64,000 bases of DNA from Balanoglossus misakiensis (GCA_040954595.2 CM082579.2:14670550-14734549), one strand, 5' to 3'. Positions 1 to 14,104 are shown, counted from the stretch's first letter. Made by a program: numbers and translations. The notes: generated by a model not told the origin, from the letters alone.

Positions 1-2324
1 ACATGACTAGACCAATTGAATGATGTTACATTGCAGGTTATCAACTCAGAGGGGCGTCTTGTTATAAAGCGGTACCTGACAAACAATCAGCTGGCAATGC
101 TGAAAATACCTGTCAGTCGTAAGTATGAAAGTATACATCATTTGAGTAGAATTTTATGGGAGATCTTAACAAGGCTTGGACATGTCACGCACAAATACAA
201 AGGGCGCGTATAAAGACAGACAAAACCTCGCTTAGTGTGAGGTGTTCAGCGATTGCATCTGATAAGTCGAAAATGCTTGATCACGTGTCATGTTCAGTTG
301 GGAAATTGGATATGTCTCAGGCCAAAAAAACTAATATGTGCTATTCCGATTACATGGTTTTCAAAAATAGGGTAGGTAGAAAGGGACATTTTTTTATTTT
401 TCAATTTTTTTATATCTTTGGCCGTCGTAGTGTAGAAGAATGACATCATAGTTCTTGCGTGATTCTCGCAATTTTCATGAATTGTTGTATATTTGACATC
501 GTTATTTTTACTTCCGGTTTACGAAGATCTAAACTGTTTTGGGTCGGCGGGCTAAAATTAGGGTAGTTCGGGTAATCGTTATGACATTGGGAGCTACGGC
601 TGCAAAGCCATGTGTCTCGTGCGAAAAGGGCCAGACAGAGCAACATTCATCAGTAGAGACACTCATCGGTCGCTCGCTCGCTCGCTCGCTCACTCTCTCT
701 CTCAGAGAGAGGGGGCAGACAGTCAGACAGACCGACGTTGACAGACAGTCAGTAAGTCAGTCAGCCAGTTAATCAGTCAGTCAGACGTCAAAGACACAGT
801 GACACAAACACAGCGAGGGAGACAACAGGACCTTTCATGCTTAAACCCCTGTTCTTCTGTTATAAACTTTGAAAACCGTTCGTTTTCAGACTGCAGATTG
901 CTCGAATAACGCGACACACTGCCGAAACAATAAAACAAATACTAGTGGGAGCTCATAAAATAAAATCGCTCAACCATTCCGTCGTCCTGAGTGACCTCAG
1001 CCACATTAATTCCGACGTCTTTTTAGGGTCATGAAAAAAGTCACAAATAAGGTATTTCCCCTAGGTCCACCTGAAGCAAAAAGTTTTCGTTTCGACTCCA
1101 TCATTCCGAATAATAAGAAAGCAACAAAATTGAAAAGACAGATGTAAAATGCACTCTCTCTCACGTGGTAACGTTTGTAACTATGGCAATCACGGTACGT
1201 GTTCAGTACACAGACAGGGAGAAAAGTTTCTCCATGCAATACATGTGTTCAGTAAGGTTTGACCTTGGTTTTACATTGTACCATGATCGCCGCTTTCTAA
1301 GCATGGATGAACGACGGCGGTCAGACCCAATCGAACCCTTTCATGTCAGATGACCACGGTATCTCCACTGTGAGATGACATTTGACAAACCATTTGATTT
1401 CAACAAAATCTTCGCGTCGTCAACGCGTCGCATACCAGTCGCATGTCGGTATTTACCCAATCATAAAAGTTGGAAATTCGGGAGACTCGATCTGCAACCA
1501 AGTTGAGAGTAAATTTTGACGTTTGACTATTGGCAAGTAAACAGGTTACACAATGACTTGTCGGTTTTTCCTCCGTCATGGTCGTTCTCGACCCAAGTCC
1601 CCCCTCCCAATGTCCTTCCTTGACATTTAGACACACCTTGCGGTATGACCTTGGTGGTCATGTGCAATTAGTTTTCTTGTATAAAAGCTTTTCATGCCGG
1701 GGTAGACGACTTGTGCGTGGATCATCAACATTTCAGTGATATTTCAACGCAAAGTTTTAGCAATATTAAGAAAACAGGTAGTGAGGTGTCAAATGCATAT
1801 CAATGTACGAAAATTAGGTCAAGCCACCCGACAGCAACCGCTTTCACACAGTGTCGGACGTTGCACGGAATGTGAAACGTTACACTGCTTCGGCCGTTCA
1901 CATGCACCTGGGCGTGGGTTTGATTGATGGTCAAACGCCCCCACTTACTTTGGGCGTTTTCAATGGTAAATGTGTCGTATTGATCAAAACCTTGCCGTAA
2001 ACACATTTTTTTTGCTGAATCAACATTCAGAGTTCAGCCGTCTAGTTAACGAAGTATTGAAGTAAGCCACTTGTTCATCATTTTTTGTCTGTCAAACGTG
2101 TTTATTCGGACAGGGACCTGCCGCCAATGAGGGGTTTAGGGAGCCCACACGTACACTCTGGTACCTGGACAATTAACATAGACATGTCGTGTGTACCGTC
2201 CGGTTCGAAAAGATTGGTTTAAGGTAGTCCTGGTAACAGTCATCCTAACGAGGCCAGGGGAGGTCTCCAAGGGCGAAATAAACATAGCTACCGATGCTTG
2301 TTCATAAAAGGCACAGACATAAAA
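1..2324. repeat. ~2.3-kb dispersed repeat, copy 1 (may begin before the window)
   Basis: Near-identical to 56387-58862; the ORF track repeats almost verbatim (16..213 vs 56402..56599; 1006..1239 vs 57553..57786). Lacks ~164 bp present at ~57020-57183. No recognisable protein. Confidence 0.95.
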
Positions 2325-3487
2325 CTCGACGAAATTTTGAGATTTTGCAAAGATGAAAATTTGTCATTTTTGATGATTTTTACCCATAATTTTGTTTCAG
2401 AAATGGACGAAATTTTGAGATTTTGCAAAGACGAATATTTGTCATTTTTTGATGATTTTCACCCATGATTTTTTTTCAAAAATCGACGAAATTTTGAGAT
2501 TTTGCAAAGTCGAAAATGTGTCATTTTTTGATGATTTTCACCCGTTTTCTTTTCAAAATTTGTCATTTTTTGATGATTTTTACCCATGATTTTTTTTCAA
2601 AAATGGACGAAATTTTGAGATTTTGCAAAGTCGAAAATTTGTTATTTTTTGATGATTTTCACCCATGTCTTTTTTTAAAAATCGACGAAATTTTGAGATT
2701 TTGCAAAGAGGAAAATTTGTCATTTTTTCATGATTTTCCCCCATGATTTTTTTCAAAAATCTACGAAATTTTGAGATTTTGCAAAGTCGACGAAAATGTG
2801 TCATTTTTTGATGATTTTCACCCATGTCTTTTTTTCAAAAATCGAAAAAATTTTGAGAATTTGCAAAGTCGAAAATTTGTCATTTTTTGATGATTTTCAC
2901 CCATGATTTTCTTCAAAAATCGACGAAATTTTGAGATTTTGCAAAGACGAAAATTTGTCATTTTTGATGATTTTTACCCATGATTTTTTTTTCAAAAATG
3001 GACGAAATTTTGAGATTTTGCAAAGACGAAAAATTTTCATTTTTTGATGATTTTCACCCATGATTTTTTTTCAAAAATCGACGAAATTTTGAGATTTTGC
3101 AAAGTCGTAAATGTGTCATTTTTTGATGATTTTCACCCGTTTTTTTTCAAAATTTGTCATTTTTTGATGATTTTCACCCATGTTTTTTTTTAAAAAATCG
3201 ACGAACCTATGATTTTTTTCAAAATCGACGAAATTTTGTGATTTTACAAAGTCGAAAATATGTCATTTTTTGATGATTTTCACCCGTTTTTTTTCAAAAT
3301 TTGTCATTTTTTGATGATTTTCACCCGTTTTTTTTTTAAAAATCGACGAAATTTTGAGATTTTGCAAAGTCGAAAATGTGTCATTTTTTGATGATTTTCA
3401 CCCGTTTTTTTTTCAAAATTTGTCATTTTTTGATGATTTTCACCCATGTCTTTTTTTAAAAATCGACGAAATTTTGAGATTTTGCAA
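2325..3487 (-). repeat. ~78-bp A-tract satellite (satellite A), reverse orientation
   Basis: Tandem units such as tcgacgaaattttgagattttgcaaagtcgaaaatttgtcattttttgatgattttcacccatg, plus ~40-bp truncated units; reverse complement of the 58863-61438 array. Confidence 0.95.
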
Positions 3488-6400
3488 ACATTAACCAGAG
3501 CACACAGTAACCAGGCCGTAGTGGACAGTGCGCTGCCCATTAATTTTGAGTGTATGGTGGGGTCAACCTTTGCGTCAACATTAACCAGAGCACACAGTAA
3601 CCAGGCCATAGTGGACAGTGTGCTGCCCATTAATTTTGAGTGTTTGGTGGGGTCAACCTTTGCGTCAACATTAACCAGAGCACACAGTAACCAGGCCGTA
3701 GTGGACAGTGTTCTTCCCATTAATTTTGAGTGTTTGGTGGGGTCAACCTTTGCGTCAACATTAACCAGAGCACACAGTAACCAGGCCATAGTGGACAGTG
3801 TGCTGCCCATTAATTTTGAGTGTTTGGTGGGGTCAACCTTTGCGTCAACATTAACTAGGCCAGAGTGGCCAGTATCGTGCCCATTAATTTTGAGTGTTTG
3901 GTGGGGGTCAACCTTTGCGTCAACATTAACTAGGCCAGAGTGGCCAGTATCGTGCCCATTAATTTTGAGTGTTTGGTGGGGGTCAACCTTTGCGTCAACA
4001 TTAACTAGGCCAGAGTGGCCAGTATCCTGCCCATTAATTTTGAGTGTTTGGTGGGGTCAACCTTTGCATCAACATTAACCAGAGCACACAGTAACCAGGC
4101 CGTAGTGGACAGTGTTCTGCCCATTAATTTTGAGTGTTTGGTGGGGTCAACCTTTGCGTCAACATTAACCAGAGCATACAGTAACCAGGCCGTAGTGGAC
4201 AGTGTTCTGCCCATTAATTTTGAGGGTTTGGTGGGGTCAACCTTTGCGTCAACATTAACTAGGCCAGAGTGGCCAGTATCGTGCCCATTAATTTTGAGTG
4301 TTTGGTGGGGTCAACCTTTGCGTCAACATTAACTAGGCCAGAGTGGCCAGTATCGTGCCCATTAATTTTGAGTGTTTGGTGGGGTCAACCTTTGCGTCAA
4401 CATTAACTAGGCCAGAGTGGCCAGTATCGTGCCCATTAATTTTGAGTGTTTGGTGGGGTCAACCTTTGCGTCAACATTAACTAGGCCAGAGTGGCCAGTA
4501 TCGTGCCCATTAATTTTGAGTGTTTGGTGGGGGTCAACCTTTGCGTCAACATTAACCAGAGCACGCAGTAACCAGGCCGTAGTGGACAGTGTTCTGCCCA
4601 TTAATTTTGAGTGTTTGGTGGGGGTCAACCTTTGCGTCAACATTAACCAGAGCACGCAGTAACCAGGCCGTAGTGGACAGTGTTCTGCCCATTAATTTTG
4701 AGTGTTTGGTGGGGTCAACCTTTGCGTCAACATTAACCAGAGCACACAGTAACCAGGCCATAGTGGACAGTGTTCTGCCCATTAATTTTGAGTGTTTGGA
4801 GGGGTCAACCTTTGCGTCAACATTAACCAGAGCACACAGTAACCAGGCCGTAGTGGACAGTGTTCTGCCCATTAATTTTGAGTGTTTGGTGGGGTCAACC
4901 TTTGCGTCAACATTAACCAGAGCACACAGTAACCAGGCCGTAGTGGACAGTGTTCTGCCCATTAATTTTGAGTGTTTGGTGGGGTCAACCTTTGCGTCAA
5001 CATTAACCAGAGCACACAGTAACCAGGCCATAGTGGACAGTGTTCTGCCCATTAATTTTGAGTGTTTGGTGGGGTCAACCTTTGCGTCAACATTAACCAG
5101 AGCACACAGTAACCAGGCCGTAGTGGACAGTGTTCTGCCCATTAATTTTGAGTGTTTGGTGGGGTCAACCTTTGCGTCAACATTAACCAGAGCACACAGT
5201 AACCAGGCCGTAGTGGACAGTGTTCTGCCCATTAATTTTGAGTGTTTGGTGGGGTCAACCTTTGCGTCAACATTAACCAGAGCACACAGTAACCAGGCCG
5301 TAGTGGACAGTGTGCTGCCCATTAATTTTGAGTGTTTGGTGGGGTCAACCTTTGCGTCAACATTAACCAGAGCACACAGTAACCAGGCCGTAGTGGACAG
5401 TGTTCTGGCCATTAATTTTGAGTGTTTGGTGGGGTCAACCTTTGCGTCAACATTAACCAGAGCACACAGTAAACAGGCCGTAGTGGACAGTGTTCTGGCC
5501 ATTAATTTTGAGTGTTTGGTGGGGTCAACCTTTGCGTCAACATTAACCAGAGCACACAGTAACCAGGCCGTAGTGGACAGTGTTCTGGCCATTAATTTTG
5601 AGTGTTTGGTGGGGTCAACCTTTGCGTCAACATTAACCAGAGCACACAGTAACCAGGCCGTAGTGGACAGTGTTCTGCCCATTAATTTTGAGTGTTTGGT
5701 GGGGTCAACCTTTGCGTCAACATTAACCAGAGCACACAGTAACCAGGCCGTAGTGGACAGTGTTCTGCCCATTAATTTTGAGTGTTTGGTGGGGTCAACC
5801 TTTGCGTCAACATTAACCAGAGCACACAGTAACCAGGCCGTAGTGGACAGTGTTCTGCCCATTAATTTTGAGTGTTTGGTGGGGTCAACCTTTGCGTCAA
5901 CATTAACCAGAGCACACAGTAACCAGGCCGTAGTGGACAGTGTTCTGCCCATTAATTTTGAGTGTTTGGTGGGGTCAACCTTTGCGTCAACATTAACCAG
6001 AGCACACAGTAACCAGGCCGTAGTGGACAGTGTTCTGCCCATTAATTTTGAGTGTTTGGTGGGGTCAACCTTTGCGTCAACATTAACCAGAGCACACAGT
6101 AACCAGGCCGTAGTGGACAGTGTTCTGCCCATTAATTTTGAGTGTTTGGTGGGGTCAACCTTTGCGTCAACATTAACCAGAGCACACAGTAACCAGGCCG
6201 TAGTGGACAGTGTGCTGCCCATTAATTTTGAGTGTTTGGTGGGGTCAACCTTTGCGTCAACATTAACCAGAGCACACAGTAACCAGGCCGTAGTGGACAG
6301 TGTTCTGCCCATTAATTTTGAGTGTTTGGTGGGGTCAACCTTTGCGTCAACATTAACCAGAGCACACAGTAACCAGGCCGTAGTGGACAGTGTTCTGCCC

Positions 6401-9400
6401 ATTAATTTTGAGTGTTTGGTGGGGTCAACCTTTGCGTCAACATTAACCAGAGCACACAGTAACCAGGCCGTAGTGGACAGTGTTCTGCCCATTAATTTTG
6501 AGTGTTTGGTGGGGTCAACCTTTGCGTCAACATTAACCAGAGCACACAGTAACCAGGCCGTAGTGGACAGTGTTCTGCCCATTAATTTTGAGTGTTTGGT
6601 GGGGTCAACCTTTGCGTCAACATTAACCAGAGCACACAGTAACCAGGCCGTAGTGGACAGTGTTCTGCCCATTAATTTTGAGTGTTTGGTGGGGTCAACC
6701 TTTGCGTCAACATTAACCAGAGCACACAGTAACCAGGCCGTAGTGGACAGTGTTCTGCCCATTAATTTTGAGTGTTTGGTGGGGTCAACCTTTGCGTCAA
6801 CATTAACCAGAGCACACAGTAACCAGGCCGTAGTGGACAGTGTTCTGCCCATTAATTTTGAGTGTTTGGTGGGGTCAACCTTTGCGTCAACATTAACCAG
6901 AGCACACAGTAACCAGGCCGTAGTGGACAGTGTTCTGCCCATTAATTTTGAGTGTTTGGTGGGGTCAACCTTTGCGTCAACATTAACCAGAGCACACAGT
7001 AACCAGGCCGTAGTGGACAGTGTTCTGCCCATTAATTTTGAGTGTTTGGTGGGGTCAACCTTTGCGTCAACATTAACCAGAGCACACAGTAACCAGGCCG
7101 TAGTGGACAGTGTGCTGCCCATTAATTTTGAGTGTTTGGTGGGGTCAACCTTTGCGTCAACATTAACCAGAGCACACAGTAACCAGGCCGTAGTGGACAG
7201 TGTTCTGCCCATTAATTTTGAGTGTTTGGTGGGGTCAACCTTTGCGTCAACATTAACCAGAGCACACAGTAACCAGGCCGTAGTGGACAGTGTTCTGCCC
7301 ATTAATTTTGAGTGTTTGGTGGGGTCAACCTTTGCGTCAACATTAACCAGAGCACACAGTAACCAGGCCGTAGTGGACAGTGTTCTGCCCATTAATTTTG
7401 AGTGTTTGGTGGGGTCAACCTTTGCGTCAACATTAACCAGAGCACACAGTAACCAGGCCGTAGTGGACAGTGTTCTGCCCATTAATTTTGAGTGTTTGGT
7501 AGGGTCAACCTTTGCGTCAACATTAACCAGAGCACACAGTAACCAGGCCATAGTGGACAGTGTTCTGCCCATTAATTTTGAATGTTTGGTGGGGTCAACC
7601 TTTGCGTCAACATTAACCAGAGCACACAGTAACCAGGCCGTAGTGGACAGTGTTCTGCCCATTAATTTTGAGTGTTTGGTGGGGTCAACCTTTGCGTCAA
7701 CATTAACCAGAGCACACAGTAACCAGGCCATAGTGGACAGTGTGCTGCCCATTAATTTTGAGTGTTTGGTGGGGTCAACCTTTGCGTCAACATTAACCAG
7801 AGCACAGAGTAACCAGGCCATAGTGGACAGTGTTCTGCCCATTAATTTTGAGTGTTTGGTGGGGTCAACCTTTGCGTCAACATTAATCAGAGCACACAGT
7901 AACCAGGCCGTAGTGGACAGTGTTCTGCCCATTAATTTTGAGTGTTTGGTGGGGTCAACCTTTGCGTCAACATTAACCAGAGCACACAGTAACCAGGCCA
8001 TAGTGGACAGTGTTCTGCCCATTAATTTTGAGTGTTTGGTGGGGTCAACCTTTGCGTCAACATTAACCAGAGCACACAGTAACCAGGCCGAAGTGGACAG
8101 TGTTCTGCCCATTAATTTTGAGTGTTTGGTGGGGTCAACCTTTGCGTCAACATTTACTAGGCCAGAGTGGCCAGTATCGTGCCCATTAATTTTGAGTGTT
8201 TGGTGGGGTCAACCTTTGCGTCAACATTAACTAGGCCAGGGTGGCCAGTATCGTGCCCATTAATTTTGAGTGTTTGGTGGGGTCAACCTTTGCGTCAACA
8301 TTAACTAGGCCAGAGTGGCCAGTATCGTGCCCATTAATTTTGAGTGTTTGGTGGGGTCAACCTTTGCGTCAACATTAACTAGGCCAGAGTGGCCAGTATC
8401 GTGCCCATTAATTTTGAGTGTTTGGTGGGGTCAACCTTTGCGTCAACATTAACCAGAGCACACAGTAACCAGGCCGTAGTGGACAGTGTTCTGGCCATTA
8501 ATTTTGAGTGTTTGGTGGGGTCAACCTTTGCGTCAACATTAACCAGAGCACACAGTAACCAGGCCGTAGTGGACAGTGTTCTGCCCATTAATTTTGAGTG
8601 TTTGGTGGGGTCAAACTTTGCGTCAACATTAACCAGAGCACACAGTAACCAGGCCGTAGTGGACAGTGTTCTGCCCATTAATTTTGAGTGTTTGGTGGGG
8701 TCAACCTTTGCGTCAACATTAACCAGAGCACACAGTAACCAGGCCGTAGTGGACAGTGTTCTGCCCATTAATTTTGAGTGTTTGATGGGGTCAACCTTTG
8801 CGTCAACATTAACCAGAGCACACAGTAACCAGGCCGTAGTGGACAGTGTTCTGCCCATTAATTTTGAGTGTTTGGTGGGGTCAACCTTTGCGTCAACATT
8901 AACCAGAGCACACAGTAACCAGGCCGTAGTGGACAGTGTTCTGCCCATTAATTTTGAGTGTTTGGTGGGGTCAACCTTTGCGTCAACATTAACCAGAGCA
9001 CACAGTAACCAGGCCGTAGTGGACAGTGTTCTGCCCATTAATTTTGAGTGTTTGGTGGGGTCAACCTTTGCGTCAACATTAACCAGAGCACACAGTAACC
9101 AGGCCGTAGTGGACAGTGTTCTGCCCATTAATTTTGAGTGTTTGGTGGGGTCAACCTTTGCGTCAACATTAACCAGAGCACACAGTAACCAGGCCGTAGT
9201 GGACAGTGTTCTGCCCATTAATTTTGAGTGTTTGGTGGGGTCAACCTTTGCGTCAACATTAACCAGAGCACACAGTAACCAGGCCGTAGTGGACAGTGTT
9301 CTGCCCATTAATTTTGAGTGTTTGGTGGGGTCAACCTTTGCGTCAACATTAACCAGAGCACACAGTAACCAGGCCGTAGTGGACAGTGTTCTGCCCATTA

Positions 9401-12400
9401 ATTTTGAGTGTTTGGTGGGGTCAACCTTTGCGTCAACATTAATCAGAGCACACAGTAACCAGGCCGTAGTGGACAGTGTTCTGCCCATTAATTTTGAGTG
9501 TTTGGTGGGGTCAACCTATGCGTCAACATTAACCAGAGCACACAGTAACCAGGCCATAGTGGACAGTGTTCTGCCCATTAATATTGAGTGTTTGGTGGGG
9601 TCAACCTTTGCGTCAACATTAACCAGAGCACACAGTAACCAGGCCGTAGTGGACAGTGTTCTTCCCATTAATTTTGAGTGTTTGGTGGGGTCAACCTTTG
9701 CGTCAACATTAACTAGGCCAGAGTGGCCAGTATCGTGCCCATTAATTTTGAGTGTTTGGTGGGGTCAACCTTTGCGTCAACATTAACTAGGCCAGAGTGG
9801 CCAGTATCGTGCCCATTATTTTTGAGTGTTTGGTGGGGTCAACCTTTGCGTCAACATTAACTAGGCCAGAGTGGCCAGTATCGTGCCCATTAATTTTGAG
9901 TGTTTGGTGGGGTCAACCTTTGCGTCAACATTAACTAGGCCAGAGTGGCCAGTATCGTGCCCATTAATTTTGAGTGTTTGGTGGGGGTCAACCTTTGCGT
10001 CAACATTAACCAGAGCACACAGTAACCAGGCCGTAGTGGACAGTGTTCTGCCCATTAATTTTGAGTGTTTGGTGGGGTCAACCTTTGCGTCAACATTAAC
10101 CAGAGCACACAGTAACCAGGCCATAGTGGACAGTGTGCTGCCCATTAATTTTGAGTGTTTGGTGGGGTCAACCTTTGCGTCAACATTAACCAGAGCACAC
10201 AGTAACCAGGCCATAGTGGACAGTGTTCTGCCCATTAATTTTGAGTGTTTGGTGGGGTCAACCTTTGCGTCAACATTAACCAGAGCACACAGTAACCAGG
10301 CCGTAGTGGACAGTGTTCTGCCCATTAATTTTGAGTGTTTGGTGGGGTCAACCTTTGCGTCAACATTAACCAGAGCACACAGTAACCAGGCCGTAGTGGA
10401 CAGTGTTCTGCCCATTAATTTTGAGTGTTTGGTGGGGTCAACCTTTGCGTCAACATTAACCAGAGCACACAGTAACCAGGCCATAGTGGACAGTGTTCTG
10501 CCCATTTATTTTGAGTGTTTGGTGGGGTCAACCTTTGCGTCAACATTAACCAGAGCACACAGTAACCAGGCCGTAGTGGACAGTGTTCTGCCCATTAATT
10601 TTGAGTGTTTGGTGGGGTCAACCTTTGCGTCAACATTAACCAGAGCACACAGTAACCAGGCCATAGTGGACAGTGTGCTGCCCATTAATTTTGAGTGTTT
10701 GGTGGGGTCAACCTTTGCGTCTACATTAACCAGAGCACAGAGTAACCAGGCCATAGTGGACAGTGTTCTGCCCATTAATTTTGAGTGTTTGGTGGGGTCA
10801 ACCTTTGCATCAACATTAATCAGAGCACACAGTAACCAGGCAGTAGTGGACAGTGTTCTGCCCATTAATTTTGAGTGTTTGGTGGGGTCAACCTTTGCAT
10901 CAACATTATCCAGAGCACACAGTAACCAGGCCATAGTGGACAGTGTTCTGCCCATTAATTTTGAGTGTTTGGTGGGGTCAACCTTTGCGTCAACATTAAC
11001 CAGAGCACACAGTAACCAGGCCGTAGTGGACAGTGTTCTGCCCATTAATTTTGAGTGTTTGGTGGGGTCAACCTTTGCGTCAACATTAACTAGGCCAGAG
11101 TGGCCAGTATCGTGCCCATTAATTTTGAGTGTTTGGTGGGGTCAACCTTTGCGTCAACATTAACTAGGCCAGAGTGGCCAGTATCGTGCCCATTAATTTT
11201 GAGTGTTTGGTGGGGTCAACCTTTGCGTCAACATTAACTAGGCCAGAGTGGCCAGTATCGTGCCCATTAATTTTGAGTGTTTGGTGGGGTCAACCTTTGC
11301 GTCAACATTAACTAGGCCAGAGTGGCCAGTATCGTGCCCATTAATTTTGAGTGTTTGGTGGGGGTCAACCTTTGCGTCAACATTAACCAGAGCACACAGT
11401 AACCAGGCCGTAGTGGACAGTGTTCTGCCCATTAATTTTGAGTGTTTGGTGGGGTCAACCTTTGCGTCAACATTAACCAGAGCACACAGTAACCAGGCCA
11501 TAGTGGACAGTGTGCTGCCCATTAATTTTGAGTGTTTGGTGGGGTCAACCTTTGCGTCAACATTAACCAGAGCACACAGTAACCAGGCCATAGTGGACAG
11601 TGTTCTGCCCATTAATTTTGAGTGTTTGGTGGGGTCAACCTTTGCGTCAACATTAACCAGAGCACACAGTAACCAGGCCGTAGTGGACAGTGTTCTGCCC
11701 ATTAATTTTGAGTGTTTGGTGGGGTCAACCTTTGCGTCAACATTAACCAGAGCACACAGTAACCAGGCCGTAGTGGACAGTGTTCTGCCCATTAATTTTG
11801 AGTGTTTGGTGGGGTCAACCTTTGCGTCAACATTAACCAGAGCACACAGTAACCAGGCCATAGTGGACAGTGTTCTGCCCATTAATTTTGAGTGTTTGGT
11901 GGGGTCAACCTTTGCGTCAACATAGACCAGAGCACACAGTAACCAGGCCGTAGTGGACAGTGTTCTGCCCATTAATTTTGAGTGTTTGGTGGGGTCAACC
12001 TTTGCGTCAACATTAACCAGAGCACACAGTAACCAGGCCATAGTGGACAGTGTGCTGCCCATTAATTTTGAGTGTTTGGTGGGGTCAACCTTTGCGTCAA
12101 CATTAACTAGGCCAGAGTGGCCAGTATCGTGCCCATTAATTTTGAGTGTTTGGTGGGGGTCAACCTTTGCGTCAACATTAACTAGGCCAGAGTGGCCAGT
12201 ATCGTGCCCATTAATTTTGAGTGTTTGGTGGGGGTCAACCTTTGCGTCAACATTAACTAGGCCAGAGTGGCCAGTATCCTGCCCATTAATTTTGAGTGTT
12301 TGGTGGGGTCAACCTTTGCATCAACATTAACCAGAGCACACAGTAACCAGGCCATAGTGGACAGTGTTCTGCCCATTAATTTTGAGTGTTTGGTGGGGTC

Positions 12401-14104
12401 AACCTTTGCGTCAACATTAACCAGAGCACACAGTAACCAGGCCATAGTGGACAGTGTGCTGCCCATTAATTTTGAGTGTTTGGTGGGGTCAACCTTTGCG
12501 TCAACATAGACCAGAGCACACAGTAACCAGGCCGTAGTGGACAGTGTTCTGCCCATTAATTTTAAGTGTTTGGTGGGGTCAACCTTTGCGTCAACATTAA
12601 CCAGAGCACACAGTAACCAGGCCATAGTGGACAGTGTGCTGCCCGTTAATTTTGAGTGTTTGGTGGGGTCAACCTTTGCGTCAACATTAACCAGAGCACA
12701 CAGTAACCAGGCCATAGTGGACAGTGTTCTGCCCATTAATTTTGAGTGTTTGGTGGGGTCAACCTTTGCGTCAACATTAACCAGAGCACACAGTAACCAG
12801 GCCATATAGGACAGTATGCTGCCCATTAATTTTGAGTGTATGGTGGGGTCAACCTTTGCGTCAACATTAACCAGAGCACACAGTAACCAGGCCGTAGTGG
12901 ACAGTGTTCTGCCCATTAATTTTGAGTGTTTGGTGGGGTCAACCTTTGTGTCAACATTAACCAGAGCACACAGTAACCAGGCCATAGTGGACAGTGTTCT
13001 GCCCATTAATTTTGAGTGTTTGGTGGGGTCAACCTTTGCGTCAACATTAACCAGAGCACACAGTAACCAGTCCGTAGTGGACAGTGTGCTGCCCATTAAT
13101 TTTGAGTGTTTGGTGGGGTCAACCTTTGCGTCAACATTAACTAGGCCAGAGTGGCCAGTATCGTGTCCATTAATTTTGAGTGTTTGGTGGGGGTCAACCT
13201 TTGCGTCAACATTAACTAGGCCAGAGTGGCCAGTATCCTGCCCATTAATTTTGAGTGTTTGGTGGGGGTTAACCTTTGCGTCAACATTAACTAGGCCAGA
13301 GTGGCCAGTATCCTGCCCATTAATTTTGAGTGTTTGGTGGGGTCAACCTTTGCATCAACATTAACCAGAGCACACAGTAACCAGGCCATAGTGGACAGTG
13401 TTCTGCCCATTAATTTTGAGTGTTTGGTGGGGTCAACCTTTGCATCAACATTAACCAGAGCACACAGTAACCAGGCCGTAGTGGACAGTGTGCTGCCCAT
13501 TAATTTTGAGTGTTTGGTGGGGTCAACCTTTGCGTCAACATTAACTAGGCCAGAGTGGCCAGTATCCTGCCCATTAATTTTGAGTGTTTGGTGGAGTCAA
13601 CCTTTGCATCAACATTAACCAGAGCACACAGTAACCAGGCCATAGTGGACAGTGTTCTGCCCATTAATTTTGAGTGTTTGGTGGGGTCAACCTTTGCATC
13701 AACATTAACCAGAGCACACAGTAACCAGGCCGTAGTGGACAGTGTGCTGCCCATTAATTTTGAGTGTTTGGTGGGGTCAACCTTTGCGTTAACATTAACC
13801 AGAGCACACAGTAACCAGGCCATAGTGGACAGTATGCTGCCCATTGATTTTGAGTGTTTGGTGGGGTCAACCTTTGCGTCAACATTAACTAGGCCAGAGT
13901 GGCCAGTATCGTGCCCATTAATTTTGAGTGTTTGGTGGGGTCAACCTTTGCGTCTACATTAACTAGGCCAGAGTGGCCAGTATGCTGCCTATTAATTTTG
14001 AGTGTTTGGTGGGGTCAACCTTTGCGTCAACATTAAGCAGGCCAGACAGTAACCAGGCCAGAGTGGACAGTATCCTGCCTATTAATTTTGAGTGATTTGT
14101 GGGT
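3488..14104. repeat. 10.6-kb satellite B: 90-bp monomers interspersed with 74/75-bp monomers
   Basis: Constant part gcccattaattttgagtgtttggtggggtcaacctttgcgtcaacattaac is followed by cagagcacacagtaaccaggccgtagtggacagtgttct (90-mer) or taggccagagtggccagtatcgt (74-mer). Roughly 120 units; most homogeneous at ~4550-8150. Confidence 0.98.

Noticed and set aside
4552-8230. 1186-aa and 1213-aa ORFs on opposite strands
   Set aside because: A by-product of a stop-free 90-bp period. Frames break at every 74/75-mer run, with no unique termini or splice signals.
3488-14104. CRISPR array (constant ~51-bp repeat plus 23/39-bp spacers)
   Set aside because: Only two spacer types, repeated over 100 times and related to each other; no cas genes; eukaryotic context.
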